Positions 21,635 through 31,824 of a DNA stretch of 64,000 nt are shown here, piece after piece. The translations under genes and the position numbers were made by a program. How positions within the stretch are numbered: position 1 is the first letter of the stretch; the number at the start of each line of letters is the position of its first letter. The stretch is taken from assembly GCA_965198065.1 (NCBI GenBank), contig CBDAON010000004.1, positions 2,752,001 to 2,816,000 on the forward strand. Reading direction: 5' to 3'. The stretch comes from Longimicrobiales bacterium (GTDB lineage: Bacteria > Gemmatimonadota > Gemmatimonadetes > Longimicrobiales > Gaopeijiaceae). A model generated the notes under the pieces. That model searched no databases, had not been told where the DNA came from, and saw only the letters and a list, made by a program, of their open reading frames with translations.

Positions 21635-24103
21635 CTACGGGCTCTGGAACGGGTTCGACACCGGATCAGCTGGCTCGATCACGCGCACGGTCCGGCCCCG
21701 TCCGTCCACGACCGTCACGGGCACTCGGAGGACGTCGTCCCCGAGGGGGGTGACCCCCTCGAGACCACCCTCGTACGCTCCGGCGACTGGCAGGGTGTAC
21801 GGATCGGCGGCTTCCTCGTTCACGGAGTACCCGAGATCGGCGAGGGAAGCGGCGGTGACCCGGCTCAGCGGGAGCACGGACGAGGTGATGAACCCGATCA
21901 TGAGTTCCTCAACGAAGACCGAGCCGCGCCAGTGGCTGTCCCGCGTCCCCGTTCCTCCCAGGGCGTTCTCGACCGGAACCTTTTGACCGAGGGTGTAGAT
22001 CGATCCTCCCACCACGTCGAAGGCGGCGATGGCTCGCACGCCGTTGAAGTGGGTGTCCGCGCCCGGCTCCTGGGTGGACGGGTTCTGGAGCAGCCCGAGG
22101 GCGCGCCATCTCGTCCCGAACCCCAGGGCGTGCGCCATCTCGTGGAGCACGACGACGTCCAATCGACCGCTCGCGATCAGATTGTCCAGGTCCGACTCGT
22201 CCAAGCGAACGCTTGCCAGCACCGGAAGCCCACTGCCGTCCCGGTTGAAGCAGGGGCCCGCCTGCGCCAACGCACCCCCCGGGCCGTCGATGTTCTGCAC
22301 GATTCCGAAGATGTAGACGTCGTCGAACGTCGCCGTCATGGCCTCGGGGTTTCCGCAGCCGGAATTCGCGGGCACGGTCAGCGTCACGTCGGGCAGCTTT
22401 TCGGTGATGATCTGTGCCCACCGCGCGGCCGCATCGGCGAAAGCAATCTCCAGCTCCGCGCTCATTCCTCCCACGAGCTCGAACCCGATATGGAATCCCC
22501 CACCCGGTGCGGGGGAGGCCGTCGCCGTGAACGCGACCGACGCCTCCGCGGCCGTGGCGGTGACGCGCTGCTGGCCCGTGGTGCCGCCAAGCGTCCAGGT
22601 CGTCTCGGCGAGACCGTCGGCCTGGCCGGTCGCGCTGGCTGGAGCGACCGTTCCCGATCCCGGGTCCGGGGTGAATTGCACGGGAACGCCCGGAACGGGG
22701 TTTCCGAACGAGTCCGTGACCCTGACTGCCAGGAGAACCGAAAGGGCTTCCCCCGGCGGGCCCGTCTGGCCATCCCCCGAGACCCTCTGGAGAGCTTCGG
22801 CCGGCCCCGGGAGCCCGGTCGCGACGAAGACGACGGAAACACCGCCGAAGGCGGACGCCCTGACGGTGTTCTGACCGGCCACCGTGCCCAGGATCCACGC
22901 TGCCAGCCCCACGAAGCCGGACGCGTCGGTGGTTGCCGACAGCTCCGGGGCGGACCCTTCCGGCTGGGCCCCGGGGGGCCCCTGGACCGACCCGTTCCCC
23001 GATTCGACGGTGAACGTGACCGGGGCGCCGGCAATCGGGACGCCCCCCTCATCTAGCAGGCGGATCACCGGTGGATCCGGGGCCGGCTGCCCCACCGTGC
23101 CCGTCTGATCGGCGGGGGCCTCCGCCCTGAGCTCCCCGGGCACGGGGAAGGCCGTGGCCGAGAACTCCAGGGGGGGGAGCCCCGAAGCGGATGCCCTCAG
23201 AGTCTGCACTCCGAGCAGCTCGCCGAGCGTCCACAAGGCGGACGCCCGTCCGTCCTCCCCGGTCTCGCCGGACGCGGCGCTCGCGCTCCCTCCTCCGGTC
23301 GTCACCTCGAAGCTCACGGGCGTGCCCTGAACCGGGTTGCCAAAGCGATCGAGCAGACGGACCACGATCTCGTCCGGAAGGGTGCCCCCCCGCACGAACG
23401 CCTGACCGTCTCCCGAATCCTTGACGAGCGAGGTCGGCGCTCCGGCGCGAGCCAGCGCGTGGATCTCGGTCGAGAGATGCGCGGCTCCCACCACGCTGAC
23501 CAGGAACACCTGCGGAGTGAGCGCGACCTGACCGAGCCTCCACTCGGTCTCGGCGATTCCTCCGGGGTCCGTCGAGGCCGGCGAGGGACTGACGGTTCCC
23601 CCTCCCGAGAGAACCGTGAACGAGATCTCCGCGCCCTCCACCGGCTGGCCCAGGCGGTCCTCGAGCCGAAAGCGCAGCTCGAGCGGAAGCAGCTCTCCCG
23701 CCACGCCCTCCTGATCGTCTCCCGCGAGCACCTCAAGCTTCGCCGGAAGCTGAAACACGGACACGGCGACCGTTCGTGCCGCGGATCCGGCCGCCGCCAC
23801 CACGGACGTATTCCCCTCGCCGGTCGAGGTGACCACCCCGGCCGATGTGACCTGCGCGACCATAGGGTCCAGGGAGCTCCACGACACGTCCAGGTCCGTC
23901 ATCGGGCTGCCGTTCTGGTCCAGGACCTCGACCTCGAGCGCTTTCGAATCCTGGAGGGCGTCGAAGGGGAGGGCCGCGGGCGTGACGACGATCGTCGTGG
24001 GCTCCCGTCGGGGCTCGGATCCGAGATCGCACCCCGCGAAGACCAGTAGGGAGAGGACGGTCGCGGGAAGGGGTCCGAACGATGGACGACGGTGCCGGCT
24101 CAT
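21635..24103 (-). CDS. Lipoprotein with Ig-like (Big) repeats and a leishmanolysin-like M8 Zn peptidase domain
   Basis: Lipobox FAGC, SGDGQ repeats, HEMAHALGFG, SHW, ELM. Confidence 0.85.
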   Translation of the reverse strand: MSRHRRPSFGPLPATVLSLLVFAGCDLGSEPRREPTTIVVTPAALPFDALQDSKALEVEVLDQNGSPMTDLDVSWSSLDPMVAQVTSAGVVTSTGEGNTSVVAAAGSAARTVAVSVFQLPAKLEVLAGDDQEGVAGELLPLELRFRLEDRLGQPVEGAEISFTVLSGGGTVSPSPASTDPGGIAETEWRLGQVALTPQVFLVSVVGAAHLSTEIHALARAGAPTSLVKDSGDGQAFVRGGTLPDEIVVRLLDRFGNPVQGTPVSFEVTTGGGSASAASGETGEDGRASALWTLGELLGVQTLRASASGLPPLEFSATAFPVPGELRAEAPADQTGTVGQPAPDPPVIRLLDEGGVPIAGAPVTFTVESGNGSVQGPPGAQPEGSAPELSATTDASGFVGLAAWILGTVAGQNTVRASAFGGVSVVFVATGLPGPAEALQRVSGDGQTGPPGEALSVLLAVRVTDSFGNPVPGVPVQFTPDPGSGTVAPASATGQADGLAETTWTLGGTTGQQRVTATAAEASVAFTATASPAPGGGFHIGFELVGGMSAELEIAFADAAARWAQIITEKLPDVTLTVPANSGCGNPEAMTATFDDVYIFGIVQNIDGPGGALAQAGPCFNRDGSGLPVLASVRLDESDLDNLIASGRLDVVVLHEMAHALGFGTRWRALGLLQNPSTQEPGADTHFNGVRAIAAFDVVGGSIYTLGQKVPVENALGGTGTRDSHWRGSVFVEELMIGFITSSVLPLSRVTAASLADLGYSVNEEAADPYTLPVAGAYEGGLEGVTPLGDDVLRVPVTVVDGRGRTVRVIEPADPVSNPFQSP

Positions 24104-24127
24104 GGGCGTACGATCCTGGAGGGTCCA

Positions 24128-24167
24128 CAAAAAGGGGATGCCCGGGGGTCGACCCCCGGGCACCCCC
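24128..24167 (-). terminator. Intrinsic terminator after the PAL-like operon
   Basis: GGGG-TGCCCGGGGGTCGACCCCCGGGCA-CCCC hairpin followed by a U5 tract on the minus strand. Confidence 0.75.
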
Positions 24168-24193
24168 GTAGCCCGTCGGTTCGACGGTAGCGC

Positions 24194-25399
24194 CTACATT
24201 CCGGCAGCCATGGGCCAGGTGGAGCCCTGGTCCCTGGGCACCCTCTGAACCCCCATGTACACGAACTTGTGGAGTCGACGGCCCTCGTACGTCTCGGTGA
24301 CGTAAACGTTCCCCTGGGAGTCCGCCGTCATGCTGTGCGCGGCCTGGAACATCCCCACGTAGCGCCCACCCGTTCCGAAGGTCCCCACCTCCTCCATGCT
24401 CGCCCGGCGGACGATGTGGATGCGGGAGTTCTCCCCGTCCGCCACGTACAGCCAGGTTTGCTCGGCGTCTGGTGAGAAGGCGACGTCCCACACGGGCCCG
24501 TCGCTCACCGTCTTGGGGTTGAAGTACTGCTCCGTCACGTATGTCCCGTCGAGTCGAAAGACCTGGACCCGAGCGTTTCCACGGTCGCAGACGTACACGA
24601 ACCCGTCGTTCGACGGGTCGGCGCAGTGCACGGGCCCCTGGAATCCGCGCTCCCTCGCCACCGACGCGTCGTAGCCCATGGCAGGGTTCCTAGGCATCGA
24701 ATACTCGAAGTCGTCGTTCGGAGGCTCGCCGTATGCGCCCCAATACCGCTTGATCTGTCCCGAGTCGATGTCCACCACGGCCACGCGCCGATTGCCGTAG
24801 CCATCGGCGAAGTACGCCTCGTTCGCATCGAGGTCGAACTCCACGTCGGCGACCTGGCCGAAGTGGTCCATCGCGTGGCTGTCCGAGGCTTGTCCGGGAA
24901 TGCCGTAGGTCCGGATGTAGCTGCCGTCGTTCGTGAACACCACCACGTGCGAGTCACCGCCTCCGTTCCCGCCGATCCAGACGTTCCCCTCGTCGTCCAC
25001 CTCGAGCCCGTGGTTCGAGGAGGGCCACACATACTCGTTCGTCGGAGAGGGACCTCCCCACGCCTGCACCACGTTCCCCTCGCGATCGAACTGGATCACG
25101 GGCGGGGCGGAGGTGCAGCACTCCGCGATCGGCGGATCCAGGTCCGCCCCCGCCTCGGGCCCGGTGACGCCTCGATGCACGATATAGATGTTGTCGTTTG
25201 CGTCCGCGTCCACGCCGATCACCGTTCCCATGACCCAACCGCTCGGCATGGGCTTCGGCCAGAACGGGTCGACCTGGAACGCCGGAGCGTCGATCATCTG
25301 TTGGCTGACCACCGCCTCGAGCGCCACCTGTCCGATGCCCAGGAGCGCCACCGCGGCTACGAGAGCTCCACCGAAGATCATCCTGCGACGGCTGCTCAT
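24194..25399 (-). CDS. Peptidyl-alpha-hydroxyglycine alpha-amidating lyase (PAL)-like NHL propeller, catalytic residues intact
   Basis: SNHGL, ADGYGN, PVHC, CDRGNARVQ, AAHSM. Confidence 0.8.
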   Translation of the reverse strand: MSSRRRMIFGGALVAAVALLGIGQVALEAVVSQQMIDAPAFQVDPFWPKPMPSGWVMGTVIGVDADANDNIYIVHRGVTGPEAGADLDPPIAECCTSAPPVIQFDREGNVVQAWGGPSPTNEYVWPSSNHGLEVDDEGNVWIGGNGGGDSHVVVFTNDGSYIRTYGIPGQASDSHAMDHFGQVADVEFDLDANEAYFADGYGNRRVAVVDIDSGQIKRYWGAYGEPPNDDFEYSMPRNPAMGYDASVARERGFQGPVHCADPSNDGFVYVCDRGNARVQVFRLDGTYVTEQYFNPKTVSDGPVWDVAFSPDAEQTWLYVADGENSRIHIVRRASMEEVGTFGTGGRYVGMFQAAHSMTADSQGNVYVTETYEGRRLHKFVYMGVQRVPRDQGSTWPMAAGM

Positions 25400-25436
25400 A
25401 TCGATTCTCCGTGTTGGGGATCTCACTCGGCTCGGC

Positions 25437-26657
25437 TCACAACTCGCCGGCGGGCCACACCGGACCCTGATGCTGGGCCGTGACGGCCCCCATGCCCCGG
25501 TTCAGGAACAGCTGGATCCTGCGGCCCTGACCGTCCTCAGCGGTATAGACGTTGCCCGCGGCGTCCACCGCGACGCCACCCAGCTCACGGAAATGGCTGG
25601 GGTAGCGACCGCCGACGCCGAAGCTGGTCCGGACCTCGAGGGATTCCCGGTTCACGATGTCGACCCGCTGGTTCATTCCGTCGGCCACGTACATGAACCG
25701 CTCGTCCGGCGAGAACGCGATATCCGTCACCGATCCGTCTCCGAGCGTCTGCGGAGCGATCACCACCTCGTTTACGTAGGTGCCGTCCGTCTCGAAGAGC
25801 TGGATGCGGTTGTTGCCCTGGTCGCACACGTATACGAGGTCGTCCGCCACCGCGACGCAACTCACGGAGCGGAACTGCTGGGCCGGTGGCGCCGCAGGGT
25901 CGTACGGAGGAAGCACATCGTCGCTCGGCGCGTTTCCATAGGCGCCCCAGACCGCCGTGATCTGGCCCGACTCGACGTCCACGACGGCGACCCGGTTGTT
26001 TCCGAATCCGTCGGCGACGTAGACGACGTCTCCGTCGAAGGCGAAGTCGTTCGCCCCGGCGAAAGCCGACATGCTCGAGTTCATCCTCGTGGCCCCGCCC
26101 GCCTGGCCGTACGTTTCCAGGTGCTGGCCCGTCCGCGAGAACTTGAGGACGAAGCCGTCGAACTGTGGAGTGGGGGGTGGGCCCGCCGGAGCGCCGCCGC
26201 CGCGACCGCCGCGACCACCACCCGCCACCGGAACTGGACCGCCGCCGATCCAGACATTGCCGTCGGGATCGATCGCGATGCCGCGGGGGCTCGCGGGCCA
26301 TGGATAGCCGTTGTCGGGTCCGCCCCAGGAGCGCACCAGGCTCCCATCGGGAGCGAACTCCAGCACGGCCTGCGAGTACCGGCAGCAGTTGCTGGTGCTC
26401 CTCTCGACGTTCAGGTCGGCGGAGCCACCGAAAGCGGCCTGATCGTAGCGCGTGACAATGAGGATGTTCCCGTCGGGCGCCACCGTCAGCCCCGACACCG
26501 GCCCGAGAATGTTCGGATACTCGAGCGGCATAGGCCAGAACGGGTTCACTTCCAAGATCGGGACCTGCCCGTCGTCGGCACCGGCACATGCGACGCTCGA
26601 AACCACGAGGAGCGCTGCGGCTGCGCGGCCCACGATCCGACTGCGCCTCCCCTGCAT
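25437..26657 (-). CDS. PAL-like NHL propeller paralogue lacking the catalytic residues (lipoprotein-like signal)
   Basis: SPRGI, ADGFGN, SVSC, CDQGNNRIQ, ELGGV at the equivalent positions. Confidence 0.78.
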   Translation of the reverse strand: MQGRRSRIVGRAAAALLVVSSVACAGADDGQVPILEVNPFWPMPLEYPNILGPVSGLTVAPDGNILIVTRYDQAAFGGSADLNVERSTSNCCRYSQAVLEFAPDGSLVRSWGGPDNGYPWPASPRGIAIDPDGNVWIGGGPVPVAGGGRGGRGGGAPAGPPPTPQFDGFVLKFSRTGQHLETYGQAGGATRMNSSMSAFAGANDFAFDGDVVYVADGFGNNRVAVVDVESGQITAVWGAYGNAPSDDVLPPYDPAAPPAQQFRSVSCVAVADDLVYVCDQGNNRIQLFETDGTYVNEVVIAPQTLGDGSVTDIAFSPDERFMYVADGMNQRVDIVNRESLEVRTSFGVGGRYPSHFRELGGVAVDAAGNVYTAEDGQGRRIQLFLNRGMGAVTAQHQGPVWPAGEL

Positions 26658-26905
26658 GGACGTTCTCCTTGTGCGCGTGTGAATCCAGCCCATGTCGGAA
26701 TCTGGTCGATGAGGCCGAACTCCGCACCGATCATAGTATGCTTGACCCTGAACGCCGTCCAGAGTCGACCGGCGGCGTGGAGGGGTCCGCGAGCCGGGCG
26801 GAGGCGGGCTCGCGCTTGACCGTTCTTTCCCCACGCAGCTAGTCATTGCGGCGCCCAGGGGGAAGGTGTCAGACTGGCCTCACGCACGACGCGAAGGGGG
26901 TCGGA

Positions 26906-27384
26906 ATGAAGCGACAGGCGATCGTCGGGGGCCTGCTGGGCGCCGCCTGTCTTCTGGGGGCCGAGGGCCTCGAGGCCCAGGATCCCCGGATGAACTTCTT
27001 TGTCATGCCGGTGGGGTCGCAGGTCAACGGGCCACCGGTCCGGGTGAGCGACAACCACTGCCAGACGGAAGCGTACGCGATCGGGTTCGGTAGCGACCTG
27101 AGATGGCGCGCGTACATGACCGGGCGCGCGGAGGACGGGGAAGGAAATCAGGTGGCTCGGGACCGCATCGGATCGGGCCCATGGTACAACTACTATGGAG
27201 CGATGATTGCCGAGAACCTCGCCCAGCTACACAGCGACGAGAGCAACCTCGACCCATCGACTGCGATCACCCTTACCGGTGACTTCGTTCCTCGGGAGCT
27301 GCTCACGGTGCCCGCGGGCTCCGCGCTAATGGGCGAACCTTCTCCGGAGAAGGCGCCTCCTTCTGCTTCGGGGTGCCCGGCTGA
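26906..27384 (+). CDS. Secreted endostatin/C-type-lectin-fold-like protein, apparent 1-nt frameshift near 27328
   Basis: MNFFV, DNHCQ, WRAYM, ARDRIGSGPWYN; the shifted frame ends in FCFGVPG*. Confidence 0.6.
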
Positions 27385-27456
27385 TCATACCCTTGATCAT
27401 CAGGCCCGCTGGCCCTCGGGGCCCGCCGGTGGCGGTGTCCGGGCCTGACGAAACCC

Positions 27457-27486
27457 TTGTCCCGTAGGCTTCGTCGGTCCTATAAT
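27457..27486 (+). promoter_or_regulatory. sigma70-type promoter of monooxygenase copy 1
   Basis: TTGTCC-N18-TATAAT. Confidence 0.55.
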
Positions 27487-27536
27487 GTTACAAGCTCCGG
27501 TAGTCTGTTCACCGATCGCTCGGAGGAGGCGAAACC

Positions 27537-28883
27537 ATGGAAGGCGCGCGGCTGCATCGATGGACGCTCGTGCTTACGATCGCGGCGACCGCGGCGCTTG
27601 GAGAGGCCCTCTCCGCGCAGATGACCGACGGGCAGGTCACGTTTGCGGAGGACGTCGCCTCCATCATCCAGGAGAACTGCCAGATCTGCCACCAGCCGGG
27701 TGGGATTGGGCCGATGGCGCTCAGGAGCTATGAGGAGATCCGTCCGTGGGCTCCGATGATCCGCGAGAGGGTCGCCAGCCACACGATGCCTCCCTACGCG
27801 TATGACAGGGACGTAGGCATCCAGGATCTGCAGCAGGACTGGCGGCTTTCCGAGGAAGAGATCCAGACGATCGTGGCCTGGGTCGATCAGGGTGCGGCGC
27901 TAGGCGATCCGGCGAACCTGCCTCCGCCGATCCAGCTTGCGAGCGCGGATGATTGGAGGATGGCCGCCGAGTTCGGACCTCCGGACATCGTGGTCGGCAC
28001 GCCGGGGATCGAGGTGCCGGCGGCCGGGAACGACATGTGGTATTCGCCGATCATGCCGACGGACCTCGCGGAGGAGCGCTGCATCAAGGCGCTGCAGGTG
28101 AAGCCCGGGGCCGGCAACGCGAAGTCGGTCGTCCACCACGCGAACTCGAGCTTCCAGCTCCTGCAGGAGGACGGCACGTACGAGAGCGCGGGTCGCTCGA
28201 CAGAGTACGCGATGGGCAAGTTCGGTGAGATCCTGCCTGAGGGCACGTGCCGGACGATTCCCGCGGAGGCGTGGGTCTCCTGGTCCATCCACCTCTTCCC
28301 CGGTGGGGTCGGAGGAGGCGCGACGGGCGAGGCGATCGACGGCAACATCGTCGAGCTCGGCATCTGGCTGCACCCCGCAGATTACGAGTGGGAGCACAAG
28401 CAGACTCTGTCGCTCTACGGGGGCCGCGAGGGGGAGTTGGTCATGCCTCCGCACGGTACGGCCATGACGCTCGGGTATCACTCGTTCGACACCCCGGTGC
28501 GGATCGACCAGTTCCAGCCCCACGGGCACCTGAGGCTGCTCCACGCGTCGCTCGAGGTCTTCTATCCGGAGACCGGGGAGACCGAAGTGATCAGCATGAT
28601 CACGAACTGGAGCGCCACGTGGCATCACAGCCACATTTATGGCGACGACTCGGCCCCGCTCGTTCCGGCGGGCGCGATTCTGATCGTCAAGCAGTGGTAC
28701 GACAACACGGTCAATCACCCGAACAACCCCGACCCGGATCAGTGGGTCGCGGGCGGGAGCCGGACGGCCGACGAGATGTCGCACGCGTGGATCGGGATCA
28801 CGCACCTGGACGAGGAGGGCTACGAGAGACTTCTCGCCGAGCGTGAGGGACGCCAGGACACGGTCGCGCAGGCCGGGAACTGA
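27537..28883 (+). CDS. Haem-c-fused copper type II (PHM/DBH-like) monooxygenase, copy 1
   Basis: Signal peptide, CQICH, VVHHAN, SIHLF, QPHGH, DEMSH. Confidence 0.8.
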   Translation: MEGARLHRWTLVLTIAATAALGEALSAQMTDGQVTFAEDVASIIQENCQICHQPGGIGPMALRSYEEIRPWAPMIRERVASHTMPPYAYDRDVGIQDLQQDWRLSEEEIQTIVAWVDQGAALGDPANLPPPIQLASADDWRMAAEFGPPDIVVGTPGIEVPAAGNDMWYSPIMPTDLAEERCIKALQVKPGAGNAKSVVHHANSSFQLLQEDGTYESAGRSTEYAMGKFGEILPEGTCRTIPAEAWVSWSIHLFPGGVGGGATGEAIDGNIVELGIWLHPADYEWEHKQTLSLYGGREGELVMPPHGTAMTLGYHSFDTPVRIDQFQPHGHLRLLHASLEVFYPETGETEVISMITNWSATWHHSHIYGDDSAPLVPAGAILIVKQWYDNTVNHPNNPDPDQWVAGGSRTADEMSHAWIGITHLDEEGYERLLAEREGRQDTVAQAGN

Positions 28884-29025
28884 TCGACGGAAGGCACAGC
28901 AGTTGCCGAGAAGTCTGGAGTCATACGATGGGGATCGAAGGAGTCGCCTGAGCTGCCTCGGGTCCTTCGGTCCCCGTCGTTCTGTGTCAGCGTGCGTTAA
29001 GTGCGCGCCGGATAAGGAGTTCCTC

Positions 29026-29982
29026 ATGACCCGGTTTCGTTCCACCCGCGGCGTGACGATGGTCGCGCTTCTCCTCTGTGCTGGCTCCGCAGTAGCGGAG
29101 GCCGCGGAGGCCCAGGCAATGCCCCTTCGGCCCAATCCGCTGAATGGATACGTGATCGCGCCGTTCATGGAGGGGTGGTACGACAACGGCGACGGGACGT
29201 ACACGATCTCGTTCGGCTACCTCAATCGGAACGAAGACGTTGTCGAGATTCCTGTTGGCGAGAACAACTTCATCGAGCCGGCGCAGTTCGACGGGATGCA
29301 GCCGACGGTGTTCGATACCGGACATCCGCGGGGGATCTTTACCGTGACGCTTCCGGCGGGCATGGCCGAGACGGACGTGTGGTGGACGATCCGTTACCCG
29401 GACGGCGAGGAGGCGCGTGTGCCGGGGCGTATCGGCTCCGGGGCGTATCAGCTGGACTACTTTCCGCGGCCCCACGGCACGGTGGCCCCGGTCATCTGGT
29501 TCGAGGAGGGTGGTGAGACCGGACAGTGGCCGGCCGGGGTCGCGTCGAGCAGTGTGGAGACGACGAGCGTAGGGGAGCTTCTCACCCTCACGGTGAGCGG
29601 GGAGGACGTGTCCGAACGCGATCCGGAGGACACACGCGTCGAGGAGGGGCCCATCGCGCTCACGTTTACATGGGCCAAGCACCAGGGTCCCCCGGGCGAG
29701 GTCGAATGGGTACGGCACCCCTCGACTCCAATACCCGAGCCCGATCCCCCCGACGGCAGGGCGGGCGGACCCGGTGGTGGAGACGACGACGAGCCCCCCC
29801 CTCCCGAAGTTATCACGCTCGAGGAGGGGAGTGGCACGGTGCTGGTCCAGGCTCGTTTCAGCTCGCCCGGCGTGTACTTGCTTAGGGTCCGGGCGGACCA
29901 GTTCGGTTCGGCCACCGACAGCGGCGCCGGAGGGCAGTGCTGCTGGACGAATGGCTATGTAACGGTCTCCGTGACCCCCTAG
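29026..29982 (+). CDS. Secreted hypothetical protein with a C-terminal QCCWTNGY motif, copy 1
   Basis: RBS, signal peptide, paralogous to 34978-35955. Confidence 0.8.
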   Translation: MTRFRSTRGVTMVALLLCAGSAVAEAAEAQAMPLRPNPLNGYVIAPFMEGWYDNGDGTYTISFGYLNRNEDVVEIPVGENNFIEPAQFDGMQPTVFDTGHPRGIFTVTLPAGMAETDVWWTIRYPDGEEARVPGRIGSGAYQLDYFPRPHGTVAPVIWFEEGGETGQWPAGVASSSVETTSVGELLTLTVSGEDVSERDPEDTRVEEGPIALTFTWAKHQGPPGEVEWVRHPSTPIPEPDPPDGRAGGPGGGDDDEPPPPEVITLEEGSGTVLVQARFSSPGVYLLRVRADQFGSATDSGAGGQCCWTNGYVTVSVTP

Positions 29983-30022
29983 GGGGGGCCGCCCGGCTCG
30001 AAAGCTTGGTAAGTACAAAGTG

Positions 30023-30051
30023 TTGTGCACCAGCGCGGGCCAGCTTATAAT
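30023..30051 (+). promoter_or_regulatory. sigma70-type promoter of copy 2
   Basis: TTGTGC-N17-TATAAT, conserved with copy 3. Confidence 0.6.
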
Positions 30052-30174
30052 GATGCATTATGCAGCGTTCCGTCGACCGATCGATTTCGAATCGGCTGCC
30101 GGAGGGCGGTGGTGTAGTGTAAAATACGCTTACGTGGTTTAGTGTTTCACCCTTCGCTTCGGAGGAGGCGCAAC

Positions 30175-31530
30175 ATGGAAGGCACGCGGCTGCATCGATG
30201 GACGCTCGTGCTTACGATCGCGGCGACGGCGGTGCTCGGAGAGGCCCTCTCCGCGCAGATGACCGACGGGCAGGTCACGTTTGCGGAGGATGTCGCCACC
30301 ATCATCCAAGAGAACTGTCAGATCTGCCACCAGCCGGGTGGGATCGGGCCGATGGCGCTCAGGAGCTATGAGGAGGTCCGTCCGTGGGCTCCGATGATCC
30401 GCGAGAGGGTCGCCAGCCACGAGATGCCTCCCTACGCCTATGACAGGGACATCGGCATCCAGGATCTGCAGCAGGACTGGCGGCTTTCCGAAGAAGAGAT
30501 CGCGACGATCGTGGCCTGGGTCGATCAGGGCGCGGCGCTAGGCGATCCGGCGAACCTGCCTCCGCCGATCCAGCTTGCGAGCGCGGATGAGTGGAGGATG
30601 GCCGCCGAGTTCGGACCTCCGGACATCGTGGTCGGCACGCCGGGGATTATCGAGGTGCCGACGGCCGGGAACGACATGTGGTATTCGCCGATCATGCCGA
30701 CGGACCTCGCGGAGGAGCGCTGCATCAAGGCGCTGCAGGTGAAGCCCGGGGTCGGCAACGCGAAGTCGGTCGTCCACCACGCCAACTCGACGTTCCAGCT
30801 CCTGCTGGAGGACGGCACGTACGAGCGGGCGGGTCGCTCGACAGAGTACGCGATGGGCAAGTTCGGTGAGATCCTTCCTGAGGGCACGTGCCGGACGATT
30901 CCCGCGGAGGCGTGGGTCTCCTGGTCCATCCACCTCTTCCCCGGTGGGGTCGGGGGAGGCGCGACGGGCGAGGCGATCGAGGGCAACATCGTCGAGCTCG
31001 GCATCTGGCTACACCCCGCGGATTACGAGTGGGAGTACAAGCAAGATCTGAACTCTTACTCAGCACAGAGGAGCGGTGGGGAGCTGGTCATGCCTCCGCA
31101 CGGCACGGCCATGACGACCGGGTATCACTCGTTCGACCACCCGGTGCGGATCGACCAGTTCCAGCCCCACGGGCACCTGAGGCTGCTCCACGCGTCGCTC
31201 GAGGTCTTCTATCCGGAGACCAGGCGGACCGAAGTGATCAGCATGGTCACGAACTGGAGCGCCACGTGGCATCACAGCCACATTTATGGCGACGACTCGG
31301 CCCCGCTCGTTCCGGCGGGCGCGGTTCTGATCGTCAAGCAGTGGTATGACAACACGGTCAATCACCCGAACAACCCCGACCCGGATCAGTGGGTCGCCGG
31401 GGGTAGCCGGACGGCCGACGAGATGTCGCACGCGTGGATCGGGCTTACCCACCTGGACGAGGAGGGCTACGAGAGACTTCTCGCCGAGCGTGAGGGACGC
31501 CAGGACACGGTCGCGCAGGCCGGGAACTAG
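30175..31530 (+). CDS. Haem-c-fused copper type II monooxygenase, copy 2
   Basis: Same motifs as copy 1; GGAGGAGG RBS. Confidence 0.8.
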   Translation: MEGTRLHRWTLVLTIAATAVLGEALSAQMTDGQVTFAEDVATIIQENCQICHQPGGIGPMALRSYEEVRPWAPMIRERVASHEMPPYAYDRDIGIQDLQQDWRLSEEEIATIVAWVDQGAALGDPANLPPPIQLASADEWRMAAEFGPPDIVVGTPGIIEVPTAGNDMWYSPIMPTDLAEERCIKALQVKPGVGNAKSVVHHANSTFQLLLEDGTYERAGRSTEYAMGKFGEILPEGTCRTIPAEAWVSWSIHLFPGGVGGGATGEAIEGNIVELGIWLHPADYEWEYKQDLNSYSAQRSGGELVMPPHGTAMTTGYHSFDHPVRIDQFQPHGHLRLLHASLEVFYPETRRTEVISMVTNWSATWHHSHIYGDDSAPLVPAGAVLIVKQWYDNTVNHPNNPDPDQWVAGGSRTADEMSHAWIGLTHLDEEGYERLLAEREGRQDTVAQAGN

Positions 31531-31665
31531 AGGCGCGCGACGAAGGTCGTTCTTCTCCGTCGTCGAAGTCTCGGGATGGGGATCGAGGGAGCTCTCCCTC
31601 GGTCCCCATCCTGCTTTTGCGCCACTCTTGCGTGTCCTGCCCAGCAGCTTGGTAAATACCAACTG

Positions 31666-31694
31666 TTGCGTAGTAACGCGGGCCAGCCTATACT
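31666..31694 (+). promoter_or_regulatory. sigma70-type promoter of copy 3
   Basis: TTGCGT-N17-TATACT. Confidence 0.6.
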
Positions 31695-31824
31695 GATGCA
31701 TTGTGCAGTCGTCCGTTGATCGATCGCGTCTCGGATCGGTCGGCCGGATGGCGGTGGTGTAGTTTACAATACGGTTACGTGGTGGTTTAGTGTTTTTACC
31801 CCTCGCTTCGGAGGAGGCGAAACC

